Assembly: GCF_035594765.1 (NCBI RefSeq) | Contig: NW_026943825.1 | Location: forward strand, 15,120,590 to 15,184,589 | DNA: 64,000 nucleotides | Direction: 5' to 3' | Source: Anolis carolinensis | Lineage: Eukaryota | In this document: piece by piece, positions 37,190 through 50,638 of the stretch | How positions within the stretch are numbered: position 1 is the stretch's first letter | How the letters are laid out: each line of letters opens with the position of its first letter | The notes under the pieces: generated by a model | Databases searched by the model: none | What the model was told of the DNA's origin: nothing | What the model saw: the letters and a program-made list of their open reading frames with translations, nothing else | Made by a program: the position numbers and the translations under genes

Positions 37190-38960
37190 TTCAACCGCAA
37201 TTCCCTAGCTATGCCAGCTAGAACTAATGAAAGTTGCAGTCCAACAATCTCTGGAGAGACATCATTAACCTAGACTTAGCATACTGGACAACAGTCGTGG
37301 AGAACCTACAGTCCTCTAGACATACTACTGACAATGCTGACATCAGAACTGGTCTCCTCAGAAGGGAAACGTTTTGGATTCACAAATTGAGAACAACCAC
37401 ATGATATGAATGATAAACTTGACTTCAGCTGTTTCCTATAATTATATATTTAAACTGTCAGATGACCACTAATGGCTGCTCGCACTATAGAATCCACAAT
37501 CAGCACATAGACATTGCGAACATGTGAGTAGACAATTGTGACTATTCTGCCTGGGAGTAAACACTATGCTAAATATAGCATTTGTTGATATGTCTATTTT
37601 CACCTGGTCTATATAAATCATATGTGATATCTTTATAAAAAGCACTATATTAGACCATTTTCCTTTTATCTTTTTAAGAAAACTTGAAGCTGAGCCAACA
37701 ATACAAATATTCAAAACATTGCCGCTTACCAGATGAAGGGTTAACTGAAACGAGTAAACCTGGGAACCAGTAGTAAACGGCTTATGTAAACAGCTTACTT
37801 CGGCTCACAGCCAGCCACTTTAAAATAACATCTATCTGACCAGGCTTCCTGGCTGGGAACTGTAAATGACTGCAACATTTGTTACAAACTCAAGCTACAG
37901 CCAATTGACTGCGTTTACATCCTGAGGAGTCCTATAGAACTACTCCAAGACTACAGAGACTTTGATTTGTTTTGACTCCAAGCCAGGTTTGAACCAATTG
38001 ATTTGTACACTGATATATTTAGTTTTACAGCATATTACATGCCATTTTGAAGAGACTGAATGTACACATACTGTGTCGCTAACAAACTTTAGTTGGAGTC
38101 TTGTTGATATATGTCTGATATATGTTTTATACTGAAAACTGCTCTGTGTAGCAATTAAATCTGGATGATTGAAGTCTAAAGATCTTTATACTCTGTAAGT
38201 TACGACTGTGTGCCACTACAGCTGACAGAATTGGATAATCAGTTGTATTATTATTTGTATTATTGTTAACATTATTATGTATATGATACTCTAATATACA
38301 TATTGTGTTCTATGTTTTGAACCTTTACTGTGGTGCATATCTTTCAGATATTGTACTTCAGTGTAGATCAGTGGTTCTCAACCTGTGGGTCTCCAAGTAT
38401 TTTGGCCTACAAACTGTTAAGATCTCTGGGAGTTGAGACTCACTGGTGTAGACGATATGAGAATTTGGGTAAGATGAACTGGAAAGGACCACAACTGTAG
38501 GGTCAATGGCTATCATTAGGTTGGCTAGAACATTTCTCCAGGGCCTTCAATACAGGCTATCTACTGCTACCTGCCCCAGTCCACACCTTGATAAAGGAAA
38601 TTGAAGTTGTCCCCCTGTGACAATGTTCTCCAGACCAGAACCTTCTCTGGAACTAACCTTATTGTAACCTGATGGTCCGAACCCCCTACGTATCCACCGC
38701 CAGGACACCACACCTGGAGGACAATCATACTCGGACAACAAGGGATCACCTAAGTAAGTAAGTAAAGTATGTATGTGTATGTGGCATTGAATTGTGCCTT
38801 TTTTTAGAACCGCCCTGAGTCCCCTTCAGGGTGAGAAAGGCAAGATAGAAATGCAGTAAATAATAAATAAACAAATAATACTATTCTCTGGCACTAGCGA
38901 ATTTGACAATCCCCATAATTTGACAAATCTAATGACCTCGAATCCCAAAATTGAGGTGCA
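37190..38960 (-). pseudogene. Remnant of a duplicated S100 gene A unit with the gene body deleted
   Basis: 37190-37320 matches 39910-40045; 38355-38686 matches 40110-40558, including the same MITE and the poly(A) region; 38881-38960 matches 43876-43960. No S100 exons lie between them. Confidence 0.6.
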
Positions 38961-39044
38961 CATTACATTTGCGTAATACGATAAAGACAAGTGGGTTGCT
39001 GTGAGTTTTCTGGGCTGTCTGGCCATGTTCCAGAAGCATTCTCT

Positions 39045-39085
39045 CCTGACGTTTCACCCACATCTATGGCAGGCATCTTCAGAGG
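39045..39085 (-). ncRNA. Minimal hammerhead ribozyme motif in a Penelope fragment
   Basis: Minus strand CCU-CUGAAGAU-GCCUGC-cauagau-GUGGGU-GAAAC-GUC-AGG. Confidence 0.5.
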
Positions 39086-40622
39086 TTGAGGTCTGTTGGA
39101 GACTGGGGAAGAACCTACAGCCCGAAAACCTACAGCAATCCAAAAAATACCAACGCAGTCGGCCTCCCGCCTGGATCCACAGCTATTTCTTTAGGCAGCA
39201 AGGGCTGAAGTTTTTACAGATTTAACTTCTGACAAGGTTCTTACTTCAGATTTATTTTATGTAATTCTATCTTTATTTGCAGTCAATTTGTTAGTAGCCA
39301 ATGTTTTTGTAGTCAATGTTTTCAATACATTGCAATGTTTGGTACTAAATTCATAAATATAGTAATTCCTACTTAACATTACCATGTATTGAACTGCTTT
39401 TTCTGTCAATTTGTTGTAAAATATGATGTTTTGGTGCTTAATTTGTAAAATCATAATGTATTTTGATGTTTAATAGGCGTTTACTTAATCCCTCCTTATT
39501 ATCTAACATTTTTGCTTATCCAACGCTTTTATTTTTCAGTGATTGGTTGGGGGGGTGCCAAAATTTCTGTTCGCCTACACTTGAAAATTACCTTGGACCA
39601 GCTCTGGTAGGGGGGTTCAACCCACTACATAATCTTGGCTGAGCTACTCTCTGAACCGTCGAAGGAGACAATGGCAAATCACTCCTGAATCTGTCTAAGG
39701 CAGGGCTTCCCAATTTTTTTCAGTCACGGAGCCCTTTTTGATGCAAAAGCTTCTCATGGACTGCGGAGTGGCTCAGTATGTTTTGTGGAGTCCCAAGGAG
39801 CACATTTTGAAAACCACCGGTCTAAGGAAACTCTAGACTAGGTTTGTTTATTTGAAGGCCTATGAGGATAATATCAGGGTCTAGCAATGTAACTGGACCA
39901 TTGTTTCCCTCCAGATGTTCTTCAACCTCAACCCCCATTAGGGCTAGGACTGATGAAAGTTGCAGTCCAACAATATCTGGAAACACATCATTGTCTATCC
40001 TAGACTTAGCATACTGGACAATAGATGTGGAGAACCTACAATCCACTACAACTGATCTAATGGGAACTAGAACTATCTTTGGAGAAGCTCCCATTCTTCA
40101 GCCTTATCATATTTCAGTGTAGATGAGTGGTTCTCAACCTTTGGGTCCCCAGGAGTTTTGGGCTACAACTCACAGAAATCCCAGCCAGTTTACCATTTGT
40201 TAGGATTTCTGGGAGTTGAAGGCCAAAATATCTGGAGACCCACAGGTTGAGAACCACTGGTGTAGACGTTATGAGAATTTGGGTAAGATGAACTGGAAAG
40301 GACCACAACTGTAGGGGAAATACTTATCATTAGGTTGGCTAGGACATTCCTCCAGGACCTTCAGCACAGACTATCTGCTGCTACCTACCCCAATTTCCAC
40401 CTTGATAGATGAGATTGAAGTTGTCCTCCTGTTAAAAAAAAACCTGTGACAATGTTCTCCAAACCAGAACCTTCCCAAGAACATGGATGTTTTTCAAAGA
40501 CAACACATGGCCACTTTTTCTGAAACTAACTTTATTGTGACCTGATGGTTCGAACCCCTTTTCCAGGCGCATTGGAGAAACTGGGTTTGCTTTTCCAGTC
40601 CTCTCGGTCTTCCTCAAGGGAC

Positions 40623-41823
40623 TTAGTGCTGGTGGTGGGCGTGCCCATCATCCCCTTCTTGGTGAATGTGCTCATGAGTGGCAATGGTCAACTTGCAGAT
40701 GAAGACCATGAATTCTCCAAAGGACAGTTGATTGTCCTGGTCCTGGTCCAGCTGCTTGAATAATTCTTCAATGGCCTTGGGGTTCTTTTGCTCCTATGGA
40801 AACAATAATATTATTTTTTAATTTTTTTAAAAATATATCAAAGTTTACATATTATAGGGTTTAGGATTGGATCCAGACCCAAATAGAGATTTCCAAGGAT
40901 GAACTATGGACACTTATGGGACAAATATAAATAAAAAATAACAACATGCAGTTAGGATTGTCTGATTTCCTGGGATTTTTAGTTTGGTGAGGGATTTCAA
41001 ATCCTCTTCTGAAATGGTCAACTGTTTTAGTGTATGACAGGGAACAAGAGCTGTCTGGCAAAGAATCTGATATACTCAACCAAACTACAAATTCCAGAGT
41101 CCCATAGGATGGAACTATGGCAGTAAACATGACTGTGTATACATGTGCACCTTAATACATGGGACATCAATGTGTTGAATATTTTTGAAGAAATGACATT
41201 TTTGTTCCATAACCATACTCCCACCTCACCCCTCAGAACCATCCCCAGATTCCGTACGACCCAGAAATATATCTGTTTACTTCTTCAGTCCTTCATAAAA
41301 TGGTGACACGAAGTGATGCATTCGAAATCCCTGAGAAAATTACAACTCTCAGGACTTGTAACCAGTTGTTAAAGTAGTATCGAACCGCCATAACCCCATA
41401 ATGTAGATCTGGAACACGTTAAACCAGGGGGAGTAGAATTTGGTGTTTTTGAGTTAAAACTTCCATAAATCCCAAGCCAGCACAATCAATAGGCAGGTCT
41501 TATGGGACCTGCAGTCCACCTTCATTTGGAAGCAAGCTCTGGTATCACCCAACCCATCGTTCAGTTCCTTCCCTCCCAGATCTATGCGTAGGTCAATAGA
41601 TCTCAACAAGGAAGGGAATGAGGGAATGGGGTTCCTTCTGAAAAATGAGCTTGTGTCCAATGCGTTCCTTGATGCTCACCTTCAACCAATTGGGGAACTG
41701 CTTGTGAACCAGCTGAGACATCTCCTTCTTGCTGAGCTTGTCAAAATGATCCTGGCGCACGGAATATTGGTGGAAGATATTGACAACGGTCTCCATGCAG
41801 CTTTCCATTTGAGTCGGAGACAT
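40623..41823 (-). CDS. Calgranulin-like S100 protein A (MRP-126/S100A12/S100A9-like), 104 aa, His-rich tail; coding exons 41823-41680 and 40793-40623
   Basis: MSPTQMESCMETVVNIFHQYSVRQDHFDKLSKKEMSQLVHKQFPNWLK|EQKNPKAIEELFKQLDQDQDNQLSFGEFMVFICKLTIATHEHIHQEGDDGHAHHQH*. Pseudo and canonical EF-hands, phase-0 intron, AATAAA at 40536-40531. Confidence 0.93.
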
Positions 41824-42794
41824 CTTGACTTGGTGGTTGACCTACAGGAATGAGATTTATTTTAATGTGGGGGAGATATTTCTCAAAATGTGGTCTTCTG
41901 GAAGGCCAGCTTTTTAACATGTGTTTATCTACACCAGTGGTTTCCAATTTTTGGGCTTCCAGGTGTTTTGGATTTCAGCTTCCACAGTTCCTAACAGCTG
42001 GTATTTCTGGGAGTTGAAATCCAAAACAACTGGAGACCCAAAGGTTTGGAACCACTGATCTATACATATAGATACATGTTGATATCCCTTCAAAGATCTC
42101 AACTGAGGACCAATGAGTCCCTTCAGGGCTAAAGGTGGAAGAAGATGAGTCCTTGAGGCCATATTGGATATGAAATTCTTTCTCCGTTAATTCTAGTTAA
42201 GGGATCCCTGCCAATTTAATAGGTCTTCTTTGAAGCATTCCATCAGGCCAAGCAGAGGACAATCCCATGAATAGCTTCTGAACCCTATTCCCACCAAGAT
42301 TGGATGGAGGTCTACAAAGCATGGTAAGGATCTGTAGGCTAGCTCTGAAGAGAAACCAAACTGTGCTGAGAATTCCTAGTCTAAGAAAACCCAAAAAAAT
42401 TCCATGACTTGGAATCGTAGAACCTTGGAGTTGGAGGGACGACCTTGTCCAACCTCATTCTGCTGTAGAAGAATCTCAGAACAAAAGGGAGGATTCATCT
42501 ACAAGGCAGAATTAATGCAATTTTACAACTTTGGACTCAATGCTATGGAATCAGAGAGCTGTTGTTTGGTGGGTCATCAGCACTCTTTAGCAAAACGACC
42601 ACTCTCCTCATCCTCTATCATTGAGCCAAGTCAAGTTGTGTCCATTCCAGTGGTATTGGTCCTACAGATGCCTCAAAAGTCTACAGAATGTTCTGCTTCC
42701 AGCTCTATTCTCTTGGTTGCTATCCCCTTATAGCATAGGAGGGATGCATAGTGTCCCATGAGCAAAGAGAGCAACCAGAGGGTCTTGAACTTAC

Positions 42795-42872
42795 CTGAAT
42801 CAGCGATGAACAGGAGAAGAGGAGTGATTCAAGATGGTGTGAAGACCCCTAGGGTGTAGTCCCTTCTTATAT
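42795..42872 (-). promoter_or_regulatory. TATA box and non-coding exon 1 of S100 gene A
   Basis: ATATAA on - at 42872-42867, donor CAG|gtaagt at 42795/42794, exon 2 acceptor at 41842/41841. Confidence 0.7.
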
Positions 42873-43237
42873 TCTCACCTCCGTCTGAGACAACCCTCTC
42901 CTCCAAGTTGTGCAACTGGCCTCCCTTACCAAACCTGCTTGTCCATCCCAGTATCAGGCTCTTGCCTAAGGCGTGTGACCAGATTCTTCCTGAAATATCA
43001 TCCTCTACAAAAAGCCTACCCCCTTCCCTTGAGCAATTCTCCCGAAGACTTATTTTTCAAACTCATAAAAAGGTCGTAAGGAACCAGCCGATAAAGGTAG
43101 GATGCAACTTTCGCCACAAGAAGTGGACAGTCTTGGGCAAGATCGGCACTGTGTTAAAGATCTTTATGGCAGATGAAGCTCTTGAAGCTCTTGCTTCATC
43201 TCCTGTCTCTTCTCCCTCCCAAACCCCACATCCCGTG

Positions 43238-43553
43238 CAGAGCCGACCCTAGGTAATTTTCAAGTGTAGGCGAACAGAATTTTGGTGTGCCCCCCAAACC
43301 AATCACTGAAAAATAAAAGCGAAAATGTTTGATAATAAGGAGGGATTAAGAAAAAGCCTATTAAACATCAAATTACATTAAGATTTTACAAATTAAGCAC
43401 TAAAACATCATGTTTTACAACAAATCAACAGAAAAAGCAGTTCAATACCTTGCGGAGACAGGCCGCAGGAGACAGGAGTTGCCTTGATGGTGCCCCCAAC
43501 AAGATGGCACCACAGGAAACTGCCTAGTTGGCCTGGTGGTTGAACTGCCTCTG
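43238..43553 (+). mobile_element. hAT-like MITE with perfect 8-bp TSD ATCCCGTG upstream of S100 gene A
   Basis: TSD at 43230-43237 and 43554-43561; cagag / ctctg termini. Confidence 0.85.
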
Positions 43554-44126
43554 ATCCCGTGGAGACGTCATCAAACATCTGAGGCTTCAAAGCAACCGTG
43601 ATGACCATATCTAGGTCCAGGGAACGTATTCAAGGGGAGCCGTGTTGGCCTTGCATCAAAATCCACAAAAGTAGGTCTCACTTTACCACTGTATCTGTCA
43701 CAATATTCTGGGAGTTGTACTTTTACAAGCTCCTGTCATGCAACTCCAATTGTCAAACAATTGACAAACTGCAGTGGGACAAACTGCATTAATTCTGCAG
43801 TGAAGACGCACCAATAGAGGCATTGACCATTGAGGTAATATTGAACAATCAGAGTTAGCAGCTCCCAACCAATACTATTCTCTGGAACTAATGAATTGAC
43901 CCAACCCTCTTAATTTGACAAATCTGATGGCATCGAATCTCAATATATGGGGGCAAAAGCACAGTTGTGAGTACGTCTTTAGGAAAATAGGACCCCAGTT
44001 AGCCCCTGTGCAAAGTGGTATATTTATTTATTTATTTATTTGCAGCATTTATACCCCACCCTTCTCACCCGAGGGGACTCAGGGCAACTATCTGTTTGTC
44101 TTTAAGAAACAAAGCATATCCTACAC

Positions 44127-44836
44127 CAGTGATTCCCAACCTGCAGTCCGTGGACCCACCAGTGGTCCTCAAGAACTTAAATATGGTCCTCACGGTTATT
44201 ACACCGTTGCTACAAGAGCAACTGGCTCGTAAAACCCTCTTATAGTGTCGAGGTAGCGGGGATGTCAGCAGGGGAGAGGCTGATTATCCACGAAAGATGT
44301 GACAACAAGCCTCCTGACTGCTGCTTCTCCTCCTCCCTCCCTCCCCCTGAGCAGAGTCGTTTCATGTGGCTCCTGGAAGTTCCTGGGGTTATTCGGGGTG
44401 CTGAGTCAGGAAATTGCATTGGATAGACCACATCAGCTCCAAATTATTAAATATGGTTTTCTGTGGGTGAGAAGATGGTGGCTACTGGATGGCATCTGTT
44501 CTGTATCAGAAACTAGAGCTGATGTGGTCTATCCAATGCAGTTTTCTGAATCAGCACCACAAATAACCAAACCGAATCTAAAGTTGACTAAAAACAGATT
44601 CGTAACCTTTTTGGTACTAATATTGGAGAGTGGTCCCCATGGTCAAGTGGTCCCTGGTCAAAGTGGTCCCTAGTCAAGTGGTCCCTACTCAAAGTGATCC
44701 CTGGTCAAATAGTTCCTGGTCAAGTGGTCCCTACTCAAAGTGGTCCCTGGTCAAATGGTCCCTGATCAAGGTGGTCCCTGGTCAAGTGGTCCCTGGTCAA
44801 TGTGGTCCCTGATGAAAAAATGGTCGGGAACCACTG
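44127..44836 (+). mobile_element. hAT-like non-autonomous element just downstream of the S100 gene B poly(A) signal
   Basis: TIRs cagtgattcccaacc / ggtcgggaaccactg; caagtggtccctggt array. Confidence 0.75.
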
Positions 44837-45057
44837 TCCTTTACAGAATCAAGTGAAGAAAACCTCAGAGAATGTGCAAGTCAATATATTTTTATTTTCA
44901 TTTTTAATTTGCTGCCGCAATCATTCCATTCCAAGGGGGAGTATTCTGGGAAGGTGCACAAATCTGTATTTCAGAAGATTGCTTTGGTTTGATTTGATTT
45001 TTTTTAATTATTTTTTTTGCCCACACCATTCCCCGGGGTGCTCTTGTGCCTGGCCTT

Positions 45058-45459
45058 TCAGTGGTGATGAGGATGGTCATGGGGTCCACCCTCCTGATGG
45101 TGGAATTTCTCATGGCTGAGCACCACGAATTCCCCAAAAAGTTTCATGAATTCCTCAAAATTGATATGCTTATTTTTGTTTCCATCCACCTTGGCAAAGA
45201 AATTCTCCAAAGCCTTGGGATCACGAACTTGCTGCAAAAAGAAAGAGAGGAGAGCACTGAATGGAATTGGGAAGACAATAATTGCCTGGATCTTTCTATG
45301 CAAGAGATGCTTTGTTCTTAAAAGGTTGGCCACCAGAAAATCTTAAGCCAAAGACGAGAGCAAAAGAAACATTTTCCTTGGAGCAATATTCAGTTCTCCC
45401 TGTGGTCCTCCATTCCTCCCCTCATACCTCTTCCCTGTCTCTTTCTCCCTTCCTTCTTT

Positions 45460-45523
<64 letters not shown>

Positions 45524-47534
45524 TCGTCTTTCTTTCCTTCCACTCTTCATTCTCCCTTCTCCAGCTTTAAAAGAGCCCATCTCTGTGGCAATATGGTTCT
45601 GTGGCTCTTTCCTTCCTTCCTTCCTTTTTTTTCATTGTAAACCTCGTTTGCAACTTTAAGCCTGCCAAGTTTCAGAACGTTTCGGACATCCACTAATTTT
45701 TCAGAAAGTTTTAAAGTTTTTACAAATGTTTTGTCAAAAAAAACTACAAGAGATATCCCCTTGAATTTCTGCACAGTTACTCAACAGAAGAAGGGCATTA
45801 ACCCTGCAAAGTGTCATTCGTCTACTGATCTTTAGGGATTTTAAAAAGTTTTTTTTCTCCTACTAACAACTAGAGTTGTGCACAGAATTCGTTTCTCCCG
45901 TTGCTTTCATTTCTTTCGTTTCTTTGGGAGCACGAAATTGGAAGCCTCCTCCCCGCAGAAAAATCAGCTCAATACGAAAGCTGATCCCAGCTCCAAGCCT
46001 GCTTTCATCTGCAGCCAAGCGCCTTCCAGAACCTATCTCCTTATTTAGGAAAGAGAGTTCATGTGTGGTGTGCAGGCCCAGAATGCATGTACGCCTGCCA
46101 GTACCTGCAGCCGAGCACCTCTTACTCTAGACTAAGAGTAAGAGGCGCTTGGCTGCAGGCACTGCAGGCACTCGCACTTTCCAGGACTGCATGCCATGCC
46201 ACACATGCACTCTCTTTCCAAGGAGAGTGTGTGTGTGGCATGGCGTGGTGTGTAAGCCCAGAAAGCATACACGCCTGCCAGTACCTGCAGCCGAGCACCT
46301 CTTACTCTAGACTAAGAGTAAGAGATGCTTGGCTGCAGGCACTGCAGGCACTCACACTTTCCAGTACTGCATGCCATGCCACACATGCACTCTCTTTCCA
46401 AGGAGAGTGTGAGTGTGGCATGGCATGGTGTGTAGCCCCAGAAAGCTTACACGCCTGCCAGTACCTGCAGCCAAGCACCTCTTACTCTAGACTGAGAGTA
46501 AGAGATGCTTGGCTGCAGGCACTGCAGGCACTCACACTTTCCAGGACTGCATGCCATGCCACACACACACTCCCTTCCCAAGGAGAGTGTGAGTGTGGCA
46601 TGGCATGGTGTGTAGGCCCAGAAAGCATACACGCCTGCCAGTACCTGCATCCAAGCACCTCTTACTCTAGACTAAGAGTAAGAGACGCTTGGCTGTAGGC
46701 ACTGCAGGCACTCACACTATCCAGTACTGCATGCCATGCCACACACGCACTCTCTTTCCAAGGAGAGTGTGAGTGTGGCATGGCGTGGGGTGTAGGCCCA
46801 AAAAGCATACACGCCTGCCAGTACCTGCAGCCGAGCACCTCTTACTCTAGACTAAGAGAAACTTGGCTGCAGGCACTGCAGGCACTTGCACTTTCCAGGA
46901 CTGCATGCCATGCCACACACGCACTCTTTCCAAGGAGAATGTGAGTGTGGCATGGCATGTATGCTCAGAAAGCATGCATGCCTGCCAGTGCCTGCAGCTG
47001 AGCGCCTCCTCTAGAGTAGAAAGCAGGTAAGAAGCCTCCCTAAACCCTGCGCTGGGAAGGCGAAGCCCCATAATAGTCCGATAGAAAACGGATCTTTCGG
47101 GGTCCCATATGGAAAACAGATATCTGCCCTCCCAATTTCGTGAGTCTCTGAAAAAATGGATTGGGCCCACACCGAAAGCGGGTTAAGGTTTACCCAGAAT
47201 GCACAACCCTACTAACTCCACAAGAGACCGGCTTTGTGGAAAGCTGTGTGATTTGCTAACAAGGAAATAAACAGCATGCAACTGCCATTGTCAATCACAT
47301 CAGACCCCTCGCACCCCCATCCCCACCCCAGACAATTACGAAGTACGTTTCATTGAAAGAAACACAGCTTGAAATGCGCTGAAACAACAAATCTTTACTA
47401 ATCTCTGAAATGTTTCAGAGGCTTCTGTTGCATTTTGTAATGCTTCAGAGGGGTCCCATTCCGATTAGTAATTTGGAGATTTGTATTAAATCTCTGAATT
47501 GTGAAACAGACCTTCAAAGCTTGGTATAGTCCAA

Positions 47535-47579
<45 letters not shown>

Positions 47580-47876
47580 CAAATGTTTTGCTGCAGCGCA
47601 TGGGTAAAACACAAAATGGGCATATTATTCGTGAATATTTGGTACCAGAATTCCTAGAAAAGGGGACTTTGAAAGGGGAGAATAAGGGATAGAAGATAGA
47701 TGGCAGGTTAAGTTGGGAAACGTCACCTTGACAAAGTGAGGCAGCTCCACTTCAATCATCTTCTTAAATTCAACTGGATCCAGAGTGTCCTTTTCACTAT
47801 CTTTGGATTGCCCAGAGTAGTTATGGAACATGTCAATGATGTTATCAGCAACTGTCTCCATCTTAGTCTTAGTCAT
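45058..47876 (-). CDS. Calgranulin-like S100 protein B, divergent, 107 aa, His-rich tail; coding exons 47876-47727 and 45231-45058
   Basis: MTKTKMETVADNIIDMFHNYSGQSKDSEKDTLDPVEFKKMIEVELPHFVK|QVRDPKALENFFAKVDGNKNKHINFEEFMKLFGEFVVLSHEKFHHQEGGPHDHPHHH*. GT-AG phase-0 intron, AATAAA at 44896-44891. Confidence 0.9.
46060..47010. repeat. 180-bp tandem repeat, about 5 copies, intron 2 of S100 gene B, inside a TIR-bounded element (about 45870-47212)
   Basis: Lines at 46141, 46321, 46501 and 46681 are in register; termini ctagagttgtgca / tgcacaaccct. Confidence 0.85.
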
Positions 47877-48179
47877 TTTGAATAGTTTCGAGGAGCAACC
47901 TAGAATGAATAAGGAGAAAATGGGCACAATCAGTTCATTTCTCTTTCTATCCACATTCTTTATACAAAACAAATCTTATATACATCTTCAGGATAAGTCT
48001 CTTTTATCTGAAATACTTGGGTGAAGTTTCCTGTATTTTGGATTTGAGGTGGGGGAAGAATGGCTATGATAGAAAACTAGAAAGGAATTGGATATTCTAG
48101 CTGCACAAAAGGGGAATTCCAAACTGAATAGTTCCTGCCTCCCATTTCCATCAACCTTATCTGGGAAGTTGGTGAAGAA

Positions 48180-49400
48180 ACAGACAAAAGAACCTTGGTA
48201 GACAGTAGAATCTTTGGAGGAAACAGAAGAAGAACCTTTGTCTCCAGACAGAAGAAGCTTTAGAGGAAACAATAGAAGAATCTTTGGAGAAAACAGACAG
48301 AAGAATCTTTGGAGAAAAGAGATGGAAGAACCTTGATCTCCAGATAGAATAACACTTGGTGAAAAGAGATAGAAGAACCTTGGTCTCCAGAGATAAGAAC
48401 ACTTGGAGAAAAGGGATAAGAGAACCTTGGTTTCCAGAGAGAATACCACTTGGAGAAAAGGGATAGAAGAAACTTGATCTCCAGAAAGAAGAACCTTTGG
48501 AGAAAAGAGATAGAAGAACCTTGATCTCCAGATAGAATAACACTTGGAGGAAAGAGATAGAAGAACCTTGATCTATAGATAGAATAACACTTGGAGAAAA
48601 GAGATAAGAGAACCTTGGTCTCCAGAGAAAAAAACCTTTGGAGAAAAGAGATGGAAGAACCTTGATCTCCATAGAGAAGAACCTTTGGAGAAAAGAGATA
48701 GAAGAACCTTGATCTCCAGATAGAATAACATTTGGAGAAAAGAGATAAGAGAACCTTGGTTTCCAGAGACAATAACGCTTGGAGAAAAGGGATAGAAGAA
48801 ACTTGATCTCCAGAGAGAATAATACTTGGAGAAAAAGATATAGAAGAACCTTGATCTCCAGACGGAATAACAGTTGGAGAAAAGAGATAAGAGAACCTTG
48901 GTTTCCAGAGAGAATAACACTTGGAGAAAAGTGATAGAAGAAACTTGGTCTCCAGAGAGAAGAACACTTGGAGAAAAGTGATAGAAGAACTTTGGTCTCC
49001 AAATAGAATAACACTTGGAGAAAAGAGATAAGAGAACCTTGGTTTCCAGAGACAATAACGCTTGGAGAAAAGGGATAGAAGAAACTTGATCTCCAGAGAC
49101 AAGAACCTTTGGAGAAAAGAGATAGAGGAACCTTGGTCTCCAGATAGAAGGAGAAAAGAGACAGAAGAACCTTGGTCTCCAGAGAGAAGAAGCTTTGGAG
49201 AAAAGAGATAGAAGAACCTTGGGTTCCAGATGGAAGAAACTTTGGAGAAAAGAGATGGAAGAACCTTGGGTTCCAGATGGAAGAAACTTTGGAGAAAAGA
49301 GATGGAAGAACCTTGATTTCCTTTGTCTCAAAACAGAAGAACCTTTAGAGAAAGCAGATAGAAGAACCTTAGTTTCCAGACAGAAGAAGTTGTGGCAGAA
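48180..49400. repeat. About 47-bp purine-rich minisatellite, about 25 copies, intron 1 of S100 gene B
   Basis: Unit ttggagaaaagagatagaagaaccttgatctccagatagaataacac. Confidence 0.9.
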
Positions 49401-49460
49401 ATAAAAGAGGAGGACATACAGAAGACAGAGGGAAAAGTAAATCTGCTCATTGAAACTTAC

Positions 49461-49534
49461 CTAGCTCAGGATCCAAGAACACCAATGAAAGAAGAATGGG
49501 ATGGAGATGTCAAACAAGGCACGTCTTATTTATA
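49461..49534 (-). promoter_or_regulatory. TATA box and non-coding exon 1 of S100 gene B
   Basis: TATAAATAA on - at 49534-49526, donor TAG|gtaagt at 49461/49460, exon 2 acceptor at 47900/47899. Confidence 0.75.
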
Positions 49535-50029
49535 GCCCAGTGGCCTCTTTTTCTTGGCTCTACCATATCTGCCTCACCCAGTTCTGGTCTGTTCAGACCC
49601 TCCCATCCAAAAAAAAAAAATCCTTTCTTTGAAATCTTCTTTTGGGCGTTGAGCCTCACCTTTTTTTGTCAAGGGTAAAGAAAGGACCAAGATACCCCTC
49701 CCACCCGAATCTCGTGACATTGTCTAAGTAATTGGTGTGTCTGAGATCAGTCCGACCTGCCACTTATTTTGATTGCGTGGCATCAGAGCCAAATGTCACA
49801 ACAAAGAAAGGAGTAGATGGGATTATCGATGCAGATTTATTAGGCATTGACTTGTTTCCTTGAGCTGGGTGGGACAGCAAAAGAGGACAATGCGCTGAAG
49901 GGATTATAGCTGTCCTCGGATTAGTCTTCATTTTGGCAGCATTTGGCGAGTTGTGCAATAGCTTTGTTGGCTGGTGGCCTCAGCTTCTAGAGGCCCATCT
50001 ACACTGACCACTTAAGTTACCCTTTATAA

Positions 50030-50295
50030 TCGAGTATAAGCCGAACCGAATATAAGCCGAGGCACCTAATTTTACCACAAAAAACTGGGATAATTTATTG
50101 ACTCGAGTATAAGCCGAGGGTGGGAAATGCAGCAGCTACGGGTAAATATCAAAATAAAAATAGATACCAATAGAATTTCATTAATAGAGGCATCAAGAGG
50201 TTAAATGTTTTTGGATATTTACCGTATTTCAAAGAAAAGCAATAAACTAGCTCTATAAGTGGAAAAGTAGGGGCAACAAAAACAATATGGTATCA
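50030..50295. mobile_element. Tc1/mariner-superfamily (Tc2/Tigger-like) MITE fragment
   Basis: Repeated cgagtataagccga subterminal motif. Confidence 0.5.
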
Positions 50296-50299
50296 ACAA

Positions 50300-50356
<57 letters not shown>

Positions 50357-50600
50357 CCCCCCCCCCCCGCAGATGCCACCTCAAAGCACAGCAGACAAAA
50401 AAACCAGTACAAGAAAACCGCACTACAAACTAGAGCTGACAGCTGACACAACAAAATATCGCATGGAAAGTTCCTTGACAAAATTGAAGGAAAAGCTGAC
50501 AAGGAGAAGATCTGGCTCTGGCTCACGAATGGGACCCTGAAGAAGGAGACAGAAGGCCTGATCCTTGCAGCCCAGGAGCAAGACATCAGGACAAATAATA

Positions 50601-50638
<38 letters not shown>

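Noticed and set aside
46063-46698. 211-aa Cys-containing ORF with a 60-aa repeat
   Set aside because: Arises from a 180-bp intronic tandem repeat inside a TIR element, has a non-ATG start and a stop within the array.
47988-49331. 250-285-aa Leu/Phe/Ser-rich ORFs
   Set aside because: Translations of the 47-bp intronic minisatellite.
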